Below the pieces are notes generated by a model. That model was given only the letters and a program-made list of their open reading frames with translations. It was not told the DNA's origin and did not search any database. From Planctomycetota bacterium (GTDB lineage Bacteria > Planctomycetota > UBA11346), in the NCBI GenBank assembly GCA_038213805.1, contig JBBQSO010000003.1, positions 1 to 64,000 on the forward strand: a stretch of DNA of 64,000 nt. The letters are read 5' to 3'. Within the stretch, counting starts at the first letter, position 1, and each line of letters begins with the position of its first letter. The position numbers and the translations under genes were made by a program. Positions 59,434 to 64,000 of this stretch are shown one piece after another.

Positions 59434-62400
59434 ATGCCTCACGGACTGCTTCCAGCCGCGCCGCGCCGCCACCTCTTCGACCGCCCGGTCGGGATCCTGG
59501 CGGTGCTCGCCGCGTTGCTGGTGCTTGGTGGCGCCGCCCTGCCCGGGTTGCGCATCAACCTTGTGCCGCCCGGCTTCCAGGCGCCGATGGCCTTCGTCAC
59601 CATGAGCATGGACACCGAGTCCAGCATCGAGGCCCTCGAAGCGGTCACCCGTCCGGCCGAAGAGATCCTGCGCAGTCTCAACGGCGCGGACTGGGTGCGC
59701 ACCGACACCAAGGGCGGACGCGTCAGCATCGCCATCGGCGCCGCCCACGGCGTGACCGCCAACGACCTCGCCGGGCGGGTCAGCGAGGCGCTCGACGCCA
59801 ATCGCCAGCGCTTTCCGCCGACCATGCGCCGGCCGTCGGTGGGCACCTGGTCGCTCGACGAGAGCGTGCCGCTGATCGAACTGGCCTTCGATTCCGGCGC
59901 GCTGGACGAAGGCGCCTTCCGCGACCTGGTCGAGCGCAAGCTGATGCCGGCGGCGATGCGCGTGCCGGGCGTGGCCAAGGTCGGCCACAGCCTCGAAGGT
60001 GAAGGTATGCTGATGGTCGGCTTCGACCCGCACCTGTCGACTGCGGCGCGCGTCGACCTGCGCACCGTGATCGCACACCTGGGCGCCGCACCGCCGCGCT
60101 CGCACACCCTGCCGGTGCGCGACCAGGACCGCCGCCGCGAGCAGGTGCTGCGCGTGCGCAGCGCCGACCTCGACCAGGCGGGCCTGCCGGACCTGCCGCT
60201 CGGCGGTGGCGCGCGCCTCAGCGATGTCGCCGAGGTCGAGTCTCTGCCAGCGGATTATGGCCACTGGGTGGTGGTGAACGGGCGCTTCGGCGCGATCATG
60301 CACGTCTTTCAGAGCCCGGACGCGAGCAGCTTCACCACCTCGGCCGCGGTCGCGCGCGCGCTGCAGGACGAGGCCAACCGCGCCGGCGTGGCGATGACCG
60401 TCCAGCGCGCCACCCACCTCGAGATCGCCTCGGCCTTCAACGAGCTGGCCGGCGCGGCCTGCATCGGCGTGGCGGTGTCGGTGACCTTCCTGGTGCTGTT
60501 CCTGCGCCGCTACCGCCTGGCGCTGCTGGTGTGCGCGGCGCTGCCGCTGTCGATGGCGATGGCGGTGCTCGCCATGGCGGCGACTGATCGCAGTTTGAAC
60601 CTGCTCTCGCTGATCGGCTTCCTGCTCGCCTCGGGCATGGTCATCGACAACGCCATCGTGGTCGGCGAGGCGCTGCTGCGCGCGCGCGATGGCGCCGACC
60701 CCGCGGAGCGGGCGCGCATCCAGCGCCGCGCGGTGGCCTCGGTGGCGATGGCGATCGTGGTCTCGACGGTGACCACCCTGGCCTTGTTCGTGCCGATGAT
60801 CGTCACCGGCGACACCGGCGGCATGCGTCCGCTGCTGGTCGGCGTGGGCAAGCCGATCGGTTGGAGCCTGTTCGGCAGCCTGATCATCGCCCTGGTGCTG
60901 GTGCCGATGGCCTTCCCGCGCCTCTACCCGCGCGGCATGAGCGCGGGCGGGCGCCACCGTGGCCACGCCGCCTGGCTGATCCGCGCCGAGCGTCGCTATG
61001 GCCGCGTGCTGGGCTGGCTGCTGCTGCGCCCGGCTCTCGGTCTGCTGCTGGTCGCGGTGGTGACCGCGGGCTGCGCCACGCTGCTGTGGTTCAAGCCGCC
61101 GCTGGGCAGCGACAACGGCGAGGACGATCGCCGCATCGAACTGTCCGCGAACGCGCGCGGCAATCCACACGCCAAGGACATCGCCGCCGCCTTCCAGCGC
61201 TGGCAGGACGAGTTGGGCCCGCAGCGCGCGCGCCTCGGCATCACCTCGATCGTCTCCGACTTCACCCTCGATCACGGCTCGCTGCGCATCTATTTGACCC
61301 CGCTCGACCCGCAGGGGCGGACGCTGGCCAAGCTGCGCGAAGAGATCATCGGCCTGCTCACGCCACAGCTGGCGGTGACCCTTGACGACCACCTCAACCG
61401 CGCGCGCGGCGAAGCGGTCGAGGCAGTCGAGACCGACCCGAAGCAGAGCGCGGACGACCGCAAGAAGGCGGACGAGAAGCGCGCCGATGGTAAGCGCAAG
61501 CGCGACGCCGCGAAGAAGAACGCCCATGGCTCCCAAGTTGGCGGCGGCTTCGGCGGGGGCTGGGCTTCCGCCAACCAGGTGACGCTGCGCATGCTCGCCC
61601 CCGACGAGGCGACCATCGACGAGGCCTGGACCCGGCTACGCGGCCTGCTGCTGACCACGCCGGGCGTGCAGTGGCCGGGTAGCCCGCTCCCCGAACCGCC
61701 GCATGATCTCGAGCTGGCGCTGACGCCGGTCGCGGAGGAGCGCGGCTGGCGCGCCGACCAGCTCGCCACGCAGGTCACGCGCTACGCCGGCACCCGGCAG
61801 GTGCTGAGCCTGCCCGACGGCAGGACGCTGCGCGTCGGCCCGCTCGAAGACCAGCCGCGCACGCTGGCGCGGCTGCTCGGCGTCGAGGTCATGAAGGACG
61901 CCGGCCCCGAACTGCTCGACAACCTGGTCACCCGCGACGAGACCCCAACCCAGGTGCAGATCAAGCGCCGCGACGGACTCAGCCAGCGGGAGTTCACCAT
62001 CAACGTCGAGCCCACGGCGAAATCCGGGCTGATCGCCCGCCTGCCGGAACTGGCCAAGGCTGCCGACCTGCCGGCCGGCGTGCAGGTGCAGCTGGGCTGG
62101 CGCGAAACGCGTTCGCAGCAGGGCAACGACCAGATGCTGCTGTCAATCGTGCTCGCCTTCCTGGTCATCTACCTGATCATGGGCATTCTCTACGAGTCGG
62201 TGCTCGCGCCGCTCGCGGTGATGGTGACGGTGCTGCTCGCCATGGTCACGGTGTGGGCGCTGCTCGGCTACGTCCACCTGTCCCTCGATCTGATGGTCTT
62301 CCTGGGACTGTTCATGCTGGTCGGCATCGTCGTCAACCACGGGGTGGTGCTGATCGACCGCATCGACGCGGCGGTGCCGATGGGCCGCCTGGCCGAGGCG

Positions 62401-62673
62401 CACCTGCGCCGGCGCGCGCCTTTGGCGGTGGCCGCCGCGGCCAGACGGCGCATGGCGCCGGTGCTGCTGACCAGCCTGACCACCATCGCCGGCGCCATCC
62501 CGATGGCCTTCAGCAACGGTCGCATCGACGGCACGCCGATCTCCGGCCTGGGTCTGTCCTTGACCATCGGGCTGAGCGCCGCGACGGTCTTCACCCTGGT
62601 GGTCATGCCCGTGGTATACCAATGGTTCGCGCTGCTGCGCGCGGGCGCGCTGCGCCTGCTGCGGACCTGGTGA
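59434..62673 (+). CDS. RND-family efflux transporter (AcrB/AcrD/AcrF)
   Basis: 1079 aa with a 1+5+1+5 TM layout; GMVIDNAIVVGE, STVTT...F.P, GIVVN.G..L.D, P.LLTSLTT...PM, FTLVVMP.VY. Confidence 0.88.
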   Translation: MPHGLLPAAPRRHLFDRPVGILAVLAALLVLGGAALPGLRINLVPPGFQAPMAFVTMSMDTESSIEALEAVTRPAEEILRSLNGADWVRTDTKGGRVSIAIGAAHGVTANDLAGRVSEALDANRQRFPPTMRRPSVGTWSLDESVPLIELAFDSGALDEGAFRDLVERKLMPAAMRVPGVAKVGHSLEGEGMLMVGFDPHLSTAARVDLRTVIAHLGAAPPRSHTLPVRDQDRRREQVLRVRSADLDQAGLPDLPLGGGARLSDVAEVESLPADYGHWVVVNGRFGAIMHVFQSPDASSFTTSAAVARALQDEANRAGVAMTVQRATHLEIASAFNELAGAACIGVAVSVTFLVLFLRRYRLALLVCAALPLSMAMAVLAMAATDRSLNLLSLIGFLLASGMVIDNAIVVGEALLRARDGADPAERARIQRRAVASVAMAIVVSTVTTLALFVPMIVTGDTGGMRPLLVGVGKPIGWSLFGSLIIALVLVPMAFPRLYPRGMSAGGRHRGHAAWLIRAERRYGRVLGWLLLRPALGLLLVAVVTAGCATLLWFKPPLGSDNGEDDRRIELSANARGNPHAKDIAAAFQRWQDELGPQRARLGITSIVSDFTLDHGSLRIYLTPLDPQGRTLAKLREEIIGLLTPQLAVTLDDHLNRARGEAVEAVETDPKQSADDRKKADEKRADGKRKRDAAKKNAHGSQVGGGFGGGWASANQVTLRMLAPDEATIDEAWTRLRGLLLTTPGVQWPGSPLPEPPHDLELALTPVAEERGWRADQLATQVTRYAGTRQVLSLPDGRTLRVGPLEDQPRTLARLLGVEVMKDAGPELLDNLVTRDETPTQVQIKRRDGLSQREFTINVEPTAKSGLIARLPELAKAADLPAGVQVQLGWRETRSQQGNDQMLLSIVLAFLVIYLIMGILYESVLAPLAVMVTVLLAMVTVWALLGYVHLSLDLMVFLGLFMLVGIVVNHGVVLIDRIDAAVPMGRLAEAHLRRRAPLAVAAAARRRMAPVLLTSLTTIAGAIPMAFSNGRIDGTPISGLGLSLTIGLSAATVFTLVVMPVVYQWFALLRAGALRLLRTW

Positions 62674-62695
62674 GCGGCATGGAGGGAACGTGTCC

Positions 62696-64000
62696 ATGAA
62701 AGCAACGATGCTCCCGGAAAGGGGTATGACAGGCGTGTTGCGCCGGCTCACCTTCCTGCTCGCTGTCGCCGCGGCCGGCGCCACCACCGTGGCGTGGGGC
62801 GATGATGCCGCGGCGGCTCCCGCACCGGCCCCGGCCCCGGCGGTGACGACCCCGTCCGAGCACTGGCTGGTGCCCTTGCTGCGCGCCACCGTCGAGGCAG
62901 CGCGCCAGCAGCCGCAGGTGCTGTCGGCAGACCTTGAGAGCTGGCGTGCCGGGCTCGCCGCCACCCAGGCGACCGCGCAGTACAGCCCCGACCTGACCAT
63001 CGGCGCCACCAACGACGAGAACCGCTTCCAGTCGACCAGCTTCGTCAGCGGCACCGGCATCGTCCAGAACCGCACCTCCAGCGCCAATGCCGCCCTGGCG
63101 CAGAACTTCACGACCGGTACGGGCGTGCGTCTGCAGGGCAACGGCAGCCAGATCCAGACCGACGACCGCAATTCGCTGGTCGACCAGTTCTACAACAACA
63201 ACGTGCAGCTGGTGGTGAGCCAGGCGCTGCTCCAGGGCGGCAGCCGCGAGGCCAACCTCGCCGTCTGGCGCAACGCGCAGGACCTGGAGTCGAACGCCCG
63301 CGAGAACCGTGGCGAGCAGCTTGAAGGCCGCTTCGCCGCACTCGCCGAGGACTGGATCAACCTCGCCGGCCTCGAGCTGGAGGTGGCCGAGCGGCGCGAG
63401 GTGCTGGCGGTCGCGCAGCGCAATCTCGAGCAGGCGCAGCAGCGCAGCAAGCTGGGTGCCGGGCGCGAGGTCGACAACATCACCCTGCGCCGCGACTTGG
63501 CCACCCAGGACGCCGGCCTGGCCGGAGCGGGCCGCCAGCTCGCCGGCACGCACGAGCGCGTCGCGGTGAACTGGCCCGGGCTGACCCTGCCGCCGCGCAC
63601 GCAGCTGGGCGCCGCAGCGTTGCCCGACACCAGCCCCGCGGTCAGTTACGCCACCACCCGCGCCGGCCACGTCAGCCTGCGCCAGATCAGCACCGCTGCG
63701 CGCAACCTCGCGGCCGCGCGCGATGCCGCGCTGGACCGCCTCGACCTCAATCTGACCTTCGGCAAGAACGGCACCGACCCGAACGCGCGCACCAGCGTCA
63801 GCAAGCTCAGCGATCCCCAGACCTACCACTGGACCGCCGGCCTGGTCTACGAGCACCGCTTCGGCGCCGACAGCGAGCGTCTCGAGCTGGAGCGGGTCCG
63901 TCTGGCGCTCGAGCAGGCCAAGTACCGTGGCGTGACGGATCAACGCGCCTGGGAGACCCAGCGCGTGACGCTGCGCCAGAACCTCGAGGACGCGCGCGCG
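62696..64000 (+). CDS. TolC-family outer-membrane efflux protein (partial, runs off the window)
   Basis: Frame open from ATG 62696 (alternative 62726) to the edge and absent from the ORF track: signal peptide, Y.PDLT, L.Q.F.TG, VSQ.LL.G, long amphipathic helices; follows the RND gene. Confidence 0.75.
   Translation, partial: MKATMLPERGMTGVLRRLTFLLAVAAAGATTVAWGDDAAAAPAPAPAPAVTTPSEHWLVPLLRATVEAARQQPQVLSADLESWRAGLAATQATAQYSPDLTIGATNDENRFQSTSFVSGTGIVQNRTSSANAALAQNFTTGTGVRLQGNGSQIQTDDRNSLVDQFYNNNVQLVVSQALLQGGSREANLAVWRNAQDLESNARENRGEQLEGRFAALAEDWINLAGLELEVAERREVLAVAQRNLEQAQQRSKLGAGREVDNITLRRDLATQDAGLAGAGRQLAGTHERVAVNWPGLTLPPRTQLGAAALPDTSPAVSYATTRAGHVSLRQISTAARNLAAARDAALDRLDLNLTFGKNGTDPNARTSVSKLSDPQTYHWTAGLVYEHRFGADSERLELERVRLALEQAKYRGVTDQRAWETQRVTLRQNLEDARA

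Noticed and set aside
62603..63943. 446-aa minus-strand ORF
   Set aside because: Antisense to the TolC-like frame that runs off the window.

Overview
High-GC bacterial chromosomal window, mostly housekeeping genes. By inference from the L20/L35 and MreB N-termini and the abundance of FHA, STAS and prepilin proteins, it is probably an uncultured Planctomycetota/PVC-type organism. Recognisable genes: yfiH/pgeF-like, argS, pcp, rlmH, tgt, tadA, hisD, nth, DUF47-pit, glgB, mreB, rpmI-rplT, a flagellar block flgH-I-J-N-K-L with two sigma54-type promoters, an LplT-Aas-like fusion, a DUF4105(Lnb-like)/DUF3015 pair, ftsH, HDOD, a TonB-dependent receptor, chdC/hemQ, a gammaproteobacterial-looking topA, DUF2252, and an RND transporter followed by a TolC-like gene that runs off the right edge. 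I saw no tRNA, rRNA, CRISPR array, transposase or integrase. The most unusual signals: (i) about a dozen intergenic elements built from inverted pairs of short tandem repeats, using three unrelated units (GGCTGAT, GTCCGGAA, CTAGACC), several of which supply the stop codon of the neighbouring gene; (ii) a sigma54-driven three-gene cassette of very large PilV/PilW/PilX-like (GspI/J/K-like) prepilins with unrecognised C-terminal domains; (iii) a lysophospholipid-recycling fusion next to an Lnb-like acyltransferase; (iv) a candidate ~145-nt structured ncRNA upstream of topA; (v) several apparently degenerate enzymes or signalling modules and signs of leaderless transcripts. All assignments come from motif recognition by eye; no database searches were run.
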